Origin: Octopus sinensis
Taxonomy: Eukaryota
Assembly (NCBI RefSeq): GCF_006345805.1
Contig: NC_043004.1
Coordinates: 85,312,001-85,376,000, forward strand
DNA length: 64,000 nt
Reading direction: 5' to 3'
Both the position numbers and the translations under genes were made by a program. Shown piece by piece: positions 14,776 to 28,863 of the stretch. Every line of letters begins with the position of its first letter. The stretch's first letter is position 1. The notes beneath the pieces were generated by a model, which saw nothing but the letters and a program-made list of their open reading frames with translations, was not told the origin of the DNA and made no database searches.

Positions 14776-16325
14776 ATAAGAATTTCTATCCCATCCGAAC
14801 AGCACCAATACTTGCAGAAGTGAAACAACACCTGCTGATTGTATTGAGCTAACTTTATTCACAACTGTTCATTTTCTTAAGCAAATCATTTGAAATATAA
14901 CAAATGCCGAATACTCTTCGCTTGGTGATTGCGTCTCGAATAATTTGGATAATAGATCTACTCTATCTCGTCGCTAAAAAAAACACAGTAAAATAATCGC
15001 TTACATAAAAAGAAGTTGCCTGGAGAAAGAATTCCGATGTGTTTAAGTCTGTTCCGCTGGGTTGTAAATGAGAAACTCTGTTTTGAAATACGCGGTGTTA
15101 TGTTGTAGTGAAAGTTATCGATCCGTTGATTACACATAGTCGTTTGAACAACTATCAGTGTTCCATAAACCTACTCGATAACCGCAGACATAAGCTATAT
15201 AACAGCAATAAACGAGTGAATGTTATTCATTCTTCGTTCGTACAGTTTTCAATTTGTTCGCCATAGATAAAAGACTTAAGCAATGGTGGAATAGAACCTT
15301 CCCTAATCACGTACCTTCCTTTTTTTATGATGCTTTATCTGTCGCCTAATTAATATTGAATTAAATGAAGATACAAAATATTGCTATTTAATTTTATATG
15401 GCACGAAAATACATTGATGAAAAACGTATTCAAATATCACCTCTTAAATATGCGGAACTTGCTGATGATATGTTGATAGCAAAAGAAATAATAATTCTAA
15501 ATGAAATAAATAAACAATATACCATTTAAAGAATCGATGTGTATGAAACAAACACGCAAAATTAATATACATTTCAATTATCAGATATGTTAATACATTT
15601 ACAAAGTGATACGAGGAAACAAAGAAATGAAGGAAAGAATAAATTCCAAACTGTTAACCTAAATTCTTGTAAATTAAAGTGCACTGACCTCTCTTGATAC
15701 AATGAGGATAGGGAATAAATCAACGTAAACTGTGTTTATTAAAATAAATGTCACCAATATAATTGATGTTCGGTTTGCTAATGTTACTCCATTTGAGCTT
15801 ACCATTGTTGTTGCTGCTTGGGTTTTAATGTACTCCGTACCCAATTTGTAGTCGAATGTAATTATATATAATTTTTGGCAAGGGTTTAACAGATAAACAC
15901 GCTCTAATTAAAAGCTATCATCAGCCTTTTATTAATTTTTGTCAATGTCTGCACCACTATTTCAATTAATATTTCTCTGTTTTATCAGTCGCACGGAGAA
16001 CAGCAAACTAGGAATGTATTCATTGGTTTTCAGTAAATTCATACTTATTAAAATAAATATTTAAAAAATTAAGAAATTGCGTGTAAGAGATATATAAATT
16101 GATGAATAGCCTGACGTGGAGTGTCTTAGCTATGCCGGATAATTCGATATATATTTCATCAAAAAGACAGAGTTTTATGGCTAGAATTAAAATATCTTCA
16201 ACGATACGTGTTGCATTTTCAGTGTACATGACATCTTTGAATTGCAATAGAGGCAATATTTTGTCTCAGAGGAACATCTCAAAGAGTATTGTATGACACA
16301 AATCCGTTTACTAGATTAGAATACC

Positions 16326-16556
16326 TATTTCTTTACTACCCACAAGGGGCAAAACACAGAGGGGACAAACAAGGACAGACAAATGGATTAAGTCGATTAT
16401 ATCGATCCCAGTGCGTAACTGGTACTTATTTAATCGACCCCGAAATGATGAAAGGCAAAGTCGACCTCGGCGGAATTTGAACTCAGAACGTAGCGGCAGA
16501 CGAAATACTGCGAAGCATTTCGCCAGGCGTGCTAACGTTTCTGCCAGCTCGCCGCC
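16326..16556 (-). mobile_element. Full-length Nin/Deu-like SINE with 18-bp TSD
   Basis: Flanks ttactagattagaatacc (16308-16325) and ttactagtttagaatacc (16557-16574). Confidence 0.9.
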
Positions 16557-17329
16557 TTACTAGTTTAGAATACCATCCACGTAACGTCAAACCAGGTGTT
16601 TCTATCTAATTTATTCTCCTCAGTGATGAGCATAAGCAGACTTTATGACCTAGGCTGAAATATATTTCTTTCGAGTAGAAATTGCTAAGCAAAACACAAA
16701 CTAAATTGTGTGAAAGCTGGCCGAACCAGAATATGAAATTGATGCAGCTTGAGATTGAAAGAATGATAAATATAGCATTAATATTCTACGAGTATATGTG
16801 GACCGATTCTAGCTGCCAATACTATGTTACGTACAAACATCGCTTGTGTATTTAAAAAAAAAAAACTTTGGCGAACTCTTTCATTGTTTAACTATGCATT
16901 TAACAATGTAACCTATTTATTACTTTCTGTATCCGTCAATCTGTCTGCATTTATCTTTTTCCAAACAAATGCTGCTATCCACATATCAAGTAATTAACTT
17001 TTAGAATTTTTATATTTACCATTATGTATATTGTATCTGCATCTCAAGGGGCTTGTGAAAATAATACTAAAATATCAATTTATTAAAATGTTATTAAATC
17101 ATCGATTTAATATCCATTCCCTAGGTTGTTTCCTTCGACGTACTTTAATCAATGTTGCTAAAAGCAAACATGGTTAGAAACTTGGAAACAGAAATAACAC
17201 AAAGACGGAAACGTTTCTATTATGTGTGTGTGTGTGTGTGTGTTTTGCGTTAAGTGTTTTTGTTTTGCTTTTGTTATTTATATGTAGCAACAGCATTAGC
17301 AGATTGTTCTATATTTAAATTAGTTGCAC

Positions 17330-17995
17330 GTCAGAGAAGGGAAATAAAGCTCACGATGTAAATGATGACAACATCTCACATCCATTCCACCCCAACCTTC
17401 CCCTACAAACACCAGCCCGCTCCATGCCTCACCTGACACTAAGACAAGAACACAGGAGCTCCAAACCTCCCGACCCTTGCCCTCTAAAAAAATATATGTT
17501 ACATACAAAATGAAAAAAATTATAGTGTGATAGACTCGTGGGACAGAGCATTAAAATGAATACAACAGAAGTTAAGGGATTGCCCGAGTACATTCACAGC
17601 GCGGTAGCAAACCCAGAGTATCTTTTGAGAGTAAAGAAGTATGAGGGTGACTTTGAGTAGAGGGTCAAGAAAATGGACACCAGCACAAAACCAGAACGAG
17701 TAAGCTATCGTGAACTTTTGAAGAAATTTAACATAGACTTTCTCCAGAAAGATGAAAGTTAACTGTTGCAAATAATGTTTTAAACTGTTACAAATAATTT
17801 TTTTAATTTTTACAAAACATTGTTTTAAAAAGTTGTATTAACAGGTTCAATGTAGTCGCTCGAAAGTGGGGCCGAACGGGTTCATTTCATTTATCATTTT
17901 ATCTAATTAATCCTTTCCATCCACTTTTTTTCCTGTCTGCACCGTGTGCTGTCCCTTCTGTGTTAGGCCCTGTGTGGCTAATAACAAGAAAGAAA
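17330..17995 (+). mobile_element. Relic ending in a Tx1-type 3' tail (possible ORF1-only element)
   Basis: Terminus gtcccttctgtgttaggccctgtgtggctaataa matches the LINE end. The upstream P/S/T-rich frame and the aaaacattgt-containing AT-rich region weakly resemble 2147-3656. Confidence 0.4.
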
Positions 17996-18377
17996 GATAG
18001 AAAGAAAGAATGTAAGTTGGTACATGCAACGCCCCCACAGCTTTAGCTGATCCTGTGTATGCATAAACGCTTTAATATATTTACTCTTGTTCTACAATTC
18101 GTCATATTATTGTATGATATTTCTCTTATTCAATACGGGAGTATCTAGTTTTTGCTGAGAGGAATATGTAGTTTGTGTTGACTGAGTTCAGTTTGTTGTG
18201 TGAATGCAGATTTAATATCAAGGGAGAAAAGGGTAACATTTGTAGTTGCTAGTTTATAAGGAATAATCACGCGGTTAATGCTTTCTCTGTATATAGAGAA
18301 CTGTTCCTCTGAAGGCTGTGTTGATACAGATATCATAGTATGTTAAACACGAGAAGCATGAAAATAAAGAGATGTGC

Positions 18378-18981
18378 AGTAGTAGTAGTTGTAGTAGTAT
18401 TAGTAGTATTAGTAGTAGTAGGAGTTGTGGTAGTAGTGGTAGTAGCTGTAGTAGTAGTAGTAGTTGTATTAGTAGTAGGTGTAGTAGTAGTAGTTTTAAT
18501 AGTAGTAGTTGTAGTGGTAGTAGTTGTAGTAGTAGTAGTAGTTGTAGTGGTAGTAGTTGTAGTACTAGTAGTTGTAGTAGTAGTAGTTGTAGTAGTGGTA
18601 GTAGTAGTAGTTGTAGCAGTAGTAGTTGTAGTAGTAGTGGTAGTAGTTGTAGTAGTAGTATTTGTATTAGTAGTAGTTGTAGTAGTAGTAGTAGTTGTAG
18701 CAGTAGTAGTTGTAGTAGTTGTTGTTGTTGCTGTATTAGTTGTTGTAGTAGTAGTTGTAGTAGTAGTAGTTGTTGTAGTAGTAGTTGTAGTAGTAGTAGT
18801 AGTTGTAGTAGTAGTTGTTGTTGTTGTTGTAGTAGTAGTAGTAGATGTAGTAGTAGTTGCTGTAGTAATAGATGTAGTAGTAGTAGTAGTAGTAGTAGTA
18901 GTTGTAGTAGAAGCTGTAGTAGTAGTAGTTGTTCTTGTTGTTGTCGTAGAAACAACAACAGCAGCAATAGTGGTAGTACTC

Positions 18982-19020
<39 letters not shown>

Positions 19021-19072
19021 CCAACCGCAGTAGTTGTCGTAGCAGCAGCAGTAGTAGCAGCAGCAGTAGAAG
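18378..19072. repeat. Interrupted (GTA/GTT/GTG)n trinucleotide array, about 700 bp
   Basis: Direct reading; the 3-nt phase is never broken. Confidence 0.95.
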
Positions 19073-19315
19073 CAAGCGATTTGAGTCACTTCAGGATCGA
19101 TAAGATAAAGTACCAGTCAAGTACTGAATTTGGTGTCATTGACATGTCAAACTACCTTGACAAATTACAGCCGTATGAGCCCTCCACCACAGGCCGGTGT
19201 CCCGTTGAGAGGATATGTTGTGTGTTCGGTCACTTATACGCTTGGTAATCCCAAGAAAAATACAAAAGGAAGAAAATCAAGAACAGAATAATTGTATCAT
19301 ATATATCTTATATCA

Positions 19316-19498
19316 GGCGCAGGAGTAGCTGTGTGTTAAGTAGCTTGCTTACCAACCGCATGAGTCCGGGTTTATTCCCACTGCGTGGCACCTTGGGCAA
19401 GTGTCTTCTACCATAGCCTCGGGCAGACCAAAGCTTTGTGAGTGGTTTTGATAGACGGAAACTGAAAGAAGCTCATCGTATATATGTGTGTATATATA

Positions 19499-19529
<31 letters not shown>

Positions 19530-19602
19530 CATATATCTGTGTGTGTGTGTGTGTGTTTGTGTGTCTTTTTTGTTTCCCAGCATCCCAGTAACTTAGCGGT
19601 TC
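19316..19602 (+). mobile_element. Composite SINE, 3'-truncated
   Basis: Head ggcgcaggagtagctgtgtg..., accttgggcaagtgtcttctac, internal (TA)n(TG)n, ends at aacttagcggttc. Confidence 0.85.
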
Positions 19603-20956
19603 TCAGGGTTAATGTAGAACACTCTGATCGATGATAATAGCATATATTTGCAATTTCAATATTCTATATAAACTTTTACGTAACCTGATATCTGAGAATT
19701 TGCTTCCCCGCACTTTTACACCCGTAATATTTTGGTGAATTAAATCATGAACATTCACACGCATAACTTTATGAATATTCATGCCTAAGTGTAGTAATTC
19801 GCCTGTCTTAATCTTTTTCCTGTTATTGGCATCGTGCATGGTTGCAAGGCTGAAATGTCAGTAAGTAAAGTCAGAGATAAAATTGCCAGAAACGTGTTGC
19901 TGCCTACAACAAATTTTAAAATTAATACCAACACTATTTCAATCATTAAGTGGTCTGTCAAGAATCCACATTAAATTTTGTAATACACTAGTTTTGCTTC
20001 GCTGAACTTCATTTCGTGCAAGTACATGAAATCAGTAAAAATACATAACAACCAGTTCCTGATGAAATAAATTGTATTAAAGAAAGGAAATTAAGAATCC
20101 TTAATTGGTAAATTGTAAAAACGTGGTCCAATTTATTCTCAGTACATGTAATTAAATTTCGACATAAAAATAGCAGATATTTTCTCATCGGGATCTCTTC
20201 AATTCTTGCTCACGCGCACACAAAAATTGTCTTACAAATCTAAACAAACACACAGATGTGCACACACTTGTGTTAATTCAAGATCATTAATTTAAAATTA
20301 TGCTTAAAAATAAGAGCTCATTTATTAATGGGGACGCTGAATACTAAAAATAGCGTCACGATATTTTTTATGATCTCAACACGAGTGCGTCATCAGGGTT
20401 AACGTAACAGCTTATTTTTGCTCCCACATACGAACAGTGGAGCACAGGCACTCCCTTAGATATGCATGTAAGAAATTTATATATATATAAGTACTTTATA
20501 TAAAGTACGGAGGTGTGGGGGTGTTATGGAAGGATGTGAGCCACACCTACATGAACAAAAGTGGAATGAAGCATTTCAATAAAATGAAGAAACTGTGTGA
20601 ACTGTCGGTATTTGACAGTCGGCAGTTGACAGTCAAACGTTGACTGTAGGCAGTTGACGGCAACAGTTGACAGCGTTGATTTTCCGATCGTACCTACGTT
20701 TGGTGTTGTACTAAGTACGTCCAGTTTGAACATATAAATTCTGCGTATGTATATTCTAGATAGCCAGATCCTAATGTTTATTTGGATAATACTATTCCTA
20801 CACCCTTGTGCACTTGCCAGCGTATTTATAGAAGACTTAAATGGATAGATAGATCGATAGATAAAGGATAGGTAGATAGATAGATAGATAGACAGATTGA
20901 TGGATTGATGGATTGGGAGGTAGACAGACAGATTCATACATACATACATGCATGCA

Positions 20957-20990
<34 letters not shown>

Positions 20991-21323
20991 CATACATGCA
21001 TACATACATACATACGTACGTACATACATACATAGATAGATAGATGTGTATGTGTGCGTATTAAATATAGATTTCAGAGGTTAATATGTAATTCTAGAAG
21101 CTTTTAGAGAAAAATTGCGAAGTATTTTGAGTAGATGTAATATAAATGGAATTAAATTAAAACAGAAAGTATGGGATAAATCTGCAGGTCAATATTTTGT
21201 AGTATTTACTGACATAAAGATATAAAGAATGTTGATAGGAAATACCTGCATCTATGTATAAATACATACACACACAAATATATATACATACAAACACACA
21301 CACGCACACACACACACAAACAT

Positions 21324-21380
<57 letters not shown>

Positions 21381-21714
21381 TATATATATATATATACATA
21401 TACATATGATATGAATATATAGACACATATATACACACATATGCATATATGCACATACATATTCGCGCACATGAACACACACATATACATGTATATATTT
21501 ATATATAGAGAGAGAGGTGGGGGGGAGGGAAAGAGAGAGAGACGTACATGAAGAAAATCATGATATTCTTTATTAATATCTCATAAATATATCTACATGC
21601 ATTTTATCAGTATTTGATCAAGAAAAAAAAAAGACGACCGCTTCCATGGTGATTTAATATATACGAATTTACACGCCAAATTTGCTAAGTGCAAAAAGTA
21701 ACGTACCACTATGA

Positions 21715-21752
<38 letters not shown>

Positions 21753-22002
21753 ATATATGTATAAAATATGTGTGTGTTTTTGTGTGTAGGTGTCAGATGA
21801 TTATGGAATTCTATGTTTCCTAGATGCCACAAATATATACTTGAAGGGTAATCAAGTTAACAGAGAACCGATAGAGACGATATTCATATATCTTAGCATA
21901 TACATAAAGGTATAAATAGCTAACATATTGTGACATGTTTGAGGCATATATACATATATTTGTATGCTGGTGCATGTATAACTGCGAGTATATATGTGTG
22001 CG

Positions 22003-22036
<34 letters not shown>

Positions 22037-22279
22037 CATCTATTGATGGATGTATGCATGTATGTGCATATATGTATGAATTTATGTATGCGTATACGCT
22101 ACTATTCTACATGCAGACACGCATACATGTATTGGTTTATATATAGATATGTGTTATGTTTATTTCTAAAAGTATTTATGTGTATGTGTGTGGCCATGTG
22201 TATGAATTCGGAGAAGTGTTCAGTTGAACTTTGGAAATATACTCAGGTACTTACGCGGGTATGTTAATCTATCTATCTA

Positions 22280-22321
<42 letters not shown>

Positions 22322-22322
<1 letters not shown>

Positions 22323-22701
22323 TAGCAGTATCGCCCGGCGTTGCTCAGGTTTGTAAGGGAAATAACTATAAAGCATTTTTAGAGAGTTATAGCCAAAAAA
22401 TAGCAAAAAAATGGAAAAAAAATGATGGTAAATTTTTTTTTTGAGTGTAAAAAAGGATGGAGTTGCGTCCCCTAGACAGTTTGTGGTTCGTGTTTCTGAT
22501 TCTCGACCCCATGTCGAATTTATCGATTTTTTTCAGAACTGGGGAAACTTTTCAAAATTTTGGCTGCGTTAGTTTTGAATTATGACATTGGGCTATGTCT
22601 GTGTCAAGTTTCATCAGAATCGGTTGAAAGCCGTGGTCAGGGTGAGGGTACAAGCAAACAGACACACAGAAACACACACAGACAAACTGCCGTTTATATA
22701 T

Positions 22702-22704
<3 letters not shown>
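22322..22704 (-). mobile_element. Non-autonomous Helitron, apparently complete
   Basis: On minus: A|TCTATATATAAA 5' end; 3' hairpin cctgagcaacgccggg followed by CTAG|T; inserted in (TA)n. Confidence 0.75.
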
Positions 22705-22735
<31 letters not shown>

Positions 22736-24544
22736 GTGTATATAAATATATATATATATATACATATATATACACACATATATATATGTATATATATGTA
22801 TAGGTATTTACTCACACACACACATACACACACACATATTTATGTATATATATATATGTGTGTGTGTGTGTTTAATTAAATACCGAATCGATTCTAAATC
22901 TGAGCAAATTTTCAGCTGTACCTTTAACTAAAACCATTCAACAAAATTGAATGAGTGTTGCGCCATTGGTCAGCCGGGTCACGAAATATCAGCAGTAACA
23001 CCACCAAGCAGTGTTTAGGCCAAAGTAAACTTTAGGTTTGTTAAACTATGTTTTCGCTATTTCAACTTCGAAAAATGAATCCATTTCATTTACCATGGAG
23101 AGAAATTCTCTAGAATGATGAAAACGAGGAGCGAAAGCATATCATGCTAGATCATAAAAAGGTGTCTAATGAAAATGCTGTCAAAGCCTAGTTCAGATAA
23201 TAATGTGTGTGATGAGCTCTGGAGTAATTCCCAAATTTTCTGAAAAATATAATTTGATTGGGATTTATACAAACGGTACTAATTTCTTCATATGGAGCTT
23301 TATGCTTCCCACAACGGAAATGCGATCCTTAGATGAGCATTCGGTGTTTGAAGACTTAGTCAATTATTGATGCAGATGATGGCGACTAATGTAAAATTAA
23401 AAGGAAGTAAAGTTAATGCAATGATAGAAACTAAGTTTCAAACAAGCTTTAATGCAGTAAAACCTTTAATATCTTCTACTGAGTAAAGAAAAACGTGTGA
23501 AATATAATATCAAATCAGTAATAATAATGTTTTGATATTATATTATAATCAGATGCCGTGATTCAGTTCTTGCTGTTATTAATATAGTTTGGAATTATTT
23601 AGTAGGTGAGTATGAAGGAATAGTTAAGATGCTTGCCTTACACCAACATGATCACTGGTTTGACACCACTGCATAGTATCTTAGAGAAATGCCCAATTCT
23701 GTACCGATGGATTGATACATGCCTGTTAAATATTGGATAGAAGGTAACAGTATGGAAACGTGACGGGTGTATTTTTCCTTTGGAACAAATGTTACAGCTT
23801 TGTCACAAACACGGTCATGTGGGTTCCACCTGATAAGCACTTTTATGTGTGAAAGGCTCGGCAAATTACACGGTAATATAGGACCAGGTAATGCAACTGA
23901 TCGAACCATTCAATCTTAGTGCAAACGAGTGTAATCCAGCTCAGGATGATTATTTAAAATTTAAAATTTGGTTTCAACTCTAATCAAGTGTATTCCTCAA
24001 ACCACCTTGCACTATCTCTACGAGAATGAATACGTCTCCATGGTAAATCAATTTATGTTCAAACTAAAAACAAAAATTCAAATGATGAAATAGAATTGAT
24101 ACACTCTACGATATATAACAATATTTTAGCGAAAACTTTCGGTTAAAGAGCATTAACGAAATATATCAAAATGCGCATTTCAAATCTAAAATTTTAGTAG
24201 CTCAGAAAATATACCATTTATATCAGACAGGAAATAATGTCTCACAAAACATTATACATCGGTGTTTCTTTCTCATTTATAATTGACCTAAAATATTATC
24301 CATCAGTCTATACCATTTCAATTATAATATAGGCATTTTAACGGTTTCATTTTAAAACCGATAATTTAGTCAATGGCAATGGTTTTCGTTTAAAAACACT
24401 TTCATATAATTTTTTATGATATTTTCCCATATTATAAAATTAACCGATGCAGTGTTTTATTTTTTTTTACGAAAGTCACTTTAGATGAGTCCACTTTTGC
24501 GCTGATTTCAGTCATTTCCACAATTTTTCACCAATCAAAATCTA

Positions 24545-25060
24545 CCCATTCTCACAGGAGATAAAACAATGAACAAAATGTTAGGCTCACACAAAATTAT
24601 CAAGATCAAAATGCAACCGAAGTCATTGAAAAAATATTAAACAACGCAAAACTTTATCCATTAACAACGGAAACGAAAGTGAAAAAATGCGATCGGCCTA
24701 ACTGTAGCACATGCCCCCACCATTTTGGAGGATACAGAATTCCACTTTAAACAAGGTGAAATATTTAATATTAAATTGAATTTCACCTGAGCCTCAGAAA
24801 ACCTAATCTATGCCACTACCTGCTTAGAGTCCGGTAATCAATATATTGTCCAAAGAGGAATATCACTCCGTCGAAGAACGACTCTTCACAAAGAACAAAT
24901 CCGCCACCCACAATACAGACAGATACAGGTCAGTGAACACATAGATAGGTGTCCTAGGAAACTGTTAATCTTAATTTCCTAATTTTTCCTTTCTATCAAT
25001 GTTCACAATGCAGCAAAGAATGAATAAAGAAGTAACTTTCAACAATAAAATCATCCACAA
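24545..25060 (+). pseudogene. Penelope-like element C-terminal GIY-YIG endonuclease relic
   Basis: KIIKIKMQPKSLKKIL, KKCDRPNCSTC, NLIYATTCLESGNQYIVQRG, LRRRTTLHKEQIRHP..SEHIDRC. Confidence 0.75.
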
Positions 25061-25997
25061 CTTAACATGAACACATCATAGTACAGAACGCTACTAACTT
25101 TATCAATAATACCACTAACACCCATACATTCCTTATACCATTCATATTATAGTATTGTATCGACCATAATTGCACCACCTCCAGAACTACTTACATCCCT
25201 TAATAATGTTTTACTCAGGGACGAGTAGATCTGACACCGTTTGATAATCGGTGCGCATTCAAAACCAGTGAATAGCAATGACGATACCTGTTTGACTTTG
25301 AATCTCTTTAACAATTCGAAATAATGAACTTAATTCTCTTACTTCTAACTCAGTTCAAATAATTACATTTATTAATTGCTACGTTTCCTAAACATGCCTT
25401 TAGTTTTTTTATATCGAATGTGCATCTTCAATTTTTCCTTCTTACTGCCTCCATACACCTCCCCATATATATATATATAATACCGAAAGCATACACAATG
25501 TATGGAATTATAATTCCATATATATATATATATATGCATGCATATGAGATGTACGTGATAGCTACGTATGAATAAATATATCTCTACTTCTCTGCACATG
25601 CGTCACTATCTATGCGTTTGTTTCTTACTGTTTGACGAAAAGTGTTCTTTTGTTTGTGTTCCAAAACTACAAAATGTTTTACCTAATATGATATATATCC
25701 AATCGATGCGATTTTCCGCACTAAAATAGTAATTAACGTGTCCCCGCATGATCGTATTTCAATGACTGAAACGAGTTAAACAGCATAAAGACGTCGGGGA
25801 ATGTATGTACATACATATATGGAGGGTTGTGTGTGTTTATATATATATATAAATATATGTATGTATATATATGTATGTGTATATACATATATATATTTGC
25901 ATGTATATGCATATCTTTAAATATATATGTATCTATATACATGTGTGTATGTATATATGTATAGATATATATGTGTCTATATATGCATATACATGTT

Positions 25998-26103
<106 letters not shown>

Positions 26104-26890
26104 ATATATATATATATCAGTAGTTGTTTGGGATTCAATTTTTCAATAACAATATATTTCCCACCATGATTTATAATCTTTTACTGATACTTTACTTTAA
26201 AACACATTACATCCATTTTAAATCATGAACATGACATCCTTATTTTCAACCACAGCATAAAATATTACACCTGATATCTCTCTGTAACCTTTACTCAGAG
26301 CCATACATATATTCTGTAGATTGCTTTTTTTCAAAATTACTCATTTCTCATGTTTGTTGTTCTGATTTATCTCATACCATATTTCATACCTTCTCACTTC
26401 CGCTCTCTTTGTTATTTTCTATTCGACTCAGGCAATATTTAATTAAAAATCATTTTTATCATGTGCTGATATTTACAAAACTATTTTTTAAAAAAGCAAT
26501 CGCAAGAATCCGAATGTAGAAACATATAACTTCTTGTCAGCCTAAAGATCTACTATATCACAACCTGTTTATGAAGTACCTTCACTCATTCATCAATCCA
26601 TCCATCCATTCATCCATCCATGCACACATACATACATCATTCCCTACTTCCCTCCATCTATCCATCCATACATACATAGATACATGCATACATGTATATC
26701 TACATACTTCCATTCAAAGAGTCATGCATAGATATTGGCTCAGGTGTACCTGAGTGGAAGGAAACTTGTTTCACAACCACATGGTTGTGGTTCAGTCCGA
26801 CTGCGTGGTAACATGGGAAAGTGCATTCTACTATCGGCTCAGGCCGACCAAAGATTTGTGGGTGAATTTCATGGAAGCATACACAACATA

Positions 26891-27012
26891 CATTGTGCCA
26901 TCCCGTAAATAATGCGGGTTTTCATACTTCATTTATTTTTCAGAATTAAGATTAATAATGTTCTTTTTGAATTTAAAAAGGTACTCTCCAGATTCTATAA
27001 TACTCTTACATC
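26891..27012. mobile_element. Solo terminal fragment of the mariner family at 30316-31426
   Basis: catcccgtaaataatgcgg..ttttcagaattaagat..ctcttacatct aligns with 30323-30440. Confidence 0.5.
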
Positions 27013-27107
27013 TACTAAGTTACAGAGACGTAAACATACGAACATCGGTTGTCAACCGATAGTGGGATAACAGACAGGCACACACACAAACAATTCCTCT
27101 CTTTCTC

Positions 27108-27216
<109 letters not shown>

Positions 27217-28863
27217 TATATATACATACATATATATATATGTATATATATATGCTTTATAGATACAGGGTAAAAAATTATTAATTTATAATTAATAAAT
27301 TTCAGCAAGTAGCTTTGTTATGGAAAAGAACCATATTCGGTAAAAAGTTTTATATATAATTATAACAATAATCAATGGTTTGGCAACAAGTTGCTTAACC
27401 ACATACCGAAAAATTAGAAATAGCAGCCAAAACACCGTTATTTCTATTCGCTACAAAATATGCCTCCACACATAACACTGTAACTCACAGAGGCAAAAAG
27501 AAGGAAAATAATGAAATCAAACAGCCTTCGATTAATTATGGACGCGTTTCTGGATTAGAATTATAAAAATTAATTTCCTTTGTCAACATAAAATTCCGCG
27601 AATTATAAATTTGAAAATGCTAGAAGACTTACCCTTTGCATTTCGGACCAAGCGCCATCAGAACATCACACAACGCAGTTAGCCTATTCTCGGAGAAATC
27701 TTTGTTTTCACTTTGAGTTGTTCTAATTCACCCTTTTTTAACGTCTTATTCAACAGACAATGACCACGTTACGGCCAGTTAAAGGCATCATCTAGACATT
27801 GAAAAAGAAATCACACAGACGCCTAGAAAATAGGGCTTGCTGAAATCTACTACGGCTTGCCTTTTTGTTCACGAGAAAATCATTCTGCAGTTGCGTCGGT
27901 ATGTCGTTGATGCAGGTAAAATAAGTGGCGAACGTTTGTGCTACAAAAAGTTTGCAATAAGTTATCATAAGTTTCTTGTATAGAAGAAAATACCAATTTG
28001 TCCTTGTACTTGCGATGGAATTCTCCTGGGTAGGTTTGAGAAAGCTCCAACCAACGACTTCACCCCCACCCTCATGAATCCAGATCAATGGCGTAGTTGA
28101 CATTTGCTGTTGAGGAACAGCGTTCGTATTCGAAGTTTCAGTGAGCATACAGGTTCACACGTAGTCCACGATCACATGCACAGCCAATATGGGATAGTGT
28201 GATCCATAGCAGCTAATCTTGCCCTCGATTATCGGCTGTCACAAAGGATTCACCGACCGAGTCTCCACTGATTATCGGATTAGACGTAGCCTGGGTATGA
28301 AGTTGGTTCTAGAGCCATGCTTTTGCTGAAGCAAGACTCTTACCAAAACCTAAGAGATGGCCTTCCAGCTCTCAGGACAGCAACGCGGAATTTCTGATGC
28401 CTTGCGTTATTGCTAGATAATTGATGAGCCATCACTAAGTCCATCTTTCCGTTTGACAGGTATTGTTGAGTTTCAAGCAATCCTCCTCACCAGGCAAGCA
28501 TTGTCAGGTTGCCGGTGTAGTCAGCGTCGACCCGACCATTGCAATAGATTTCATGTTATCAATAGCATTTACGAGAGACCTCACAATTGACTTGAAAAAG
28601 AAACAAAAATATTGCTCAAAACGTAAGAATACATTACACAACATAGCAAAAAAATTCTTGGATGATAGAATAAAACTGTCTAAATCACAGAAGCGATAAA
28701 ACTAGTAACAAACAAAACGAAATGAATGCAAGTGTCTGCAAAAGTCTGAAGGACGCATCCAATATGCATATAGAAGTATAAAACTGCCCGACAAACGGGA
28801 ACGTGAAACTCTGAGTAACAGTTTTTGTGATATTTCTGCTGCTTTTCAATAAAGTGTATGTAT

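Noticed and set aside
16020-16256. ORF with DE and SGIAKTL, suggestive of a Pif1/Helitron helicase
   Set aside because: Motif order and spacing do not fit, and the surrounding sequence is not helicase-like.
19604-20402. cagggTTAA at 19604 and 20394 as piggyBac ends
   Set aside because: Both are in the same orientation, so they are not a TIR pair, and there is no transposase similarity between them.
27627-27658. Minus-strand ATG GCG CTT GGT CCG AAA TGC AAA GG|GTAAGT as a first coding exon
   Set aside because: Good donor, but no promoter cue, partner exon or recognisable peptide; expected by chance in 64 kb.
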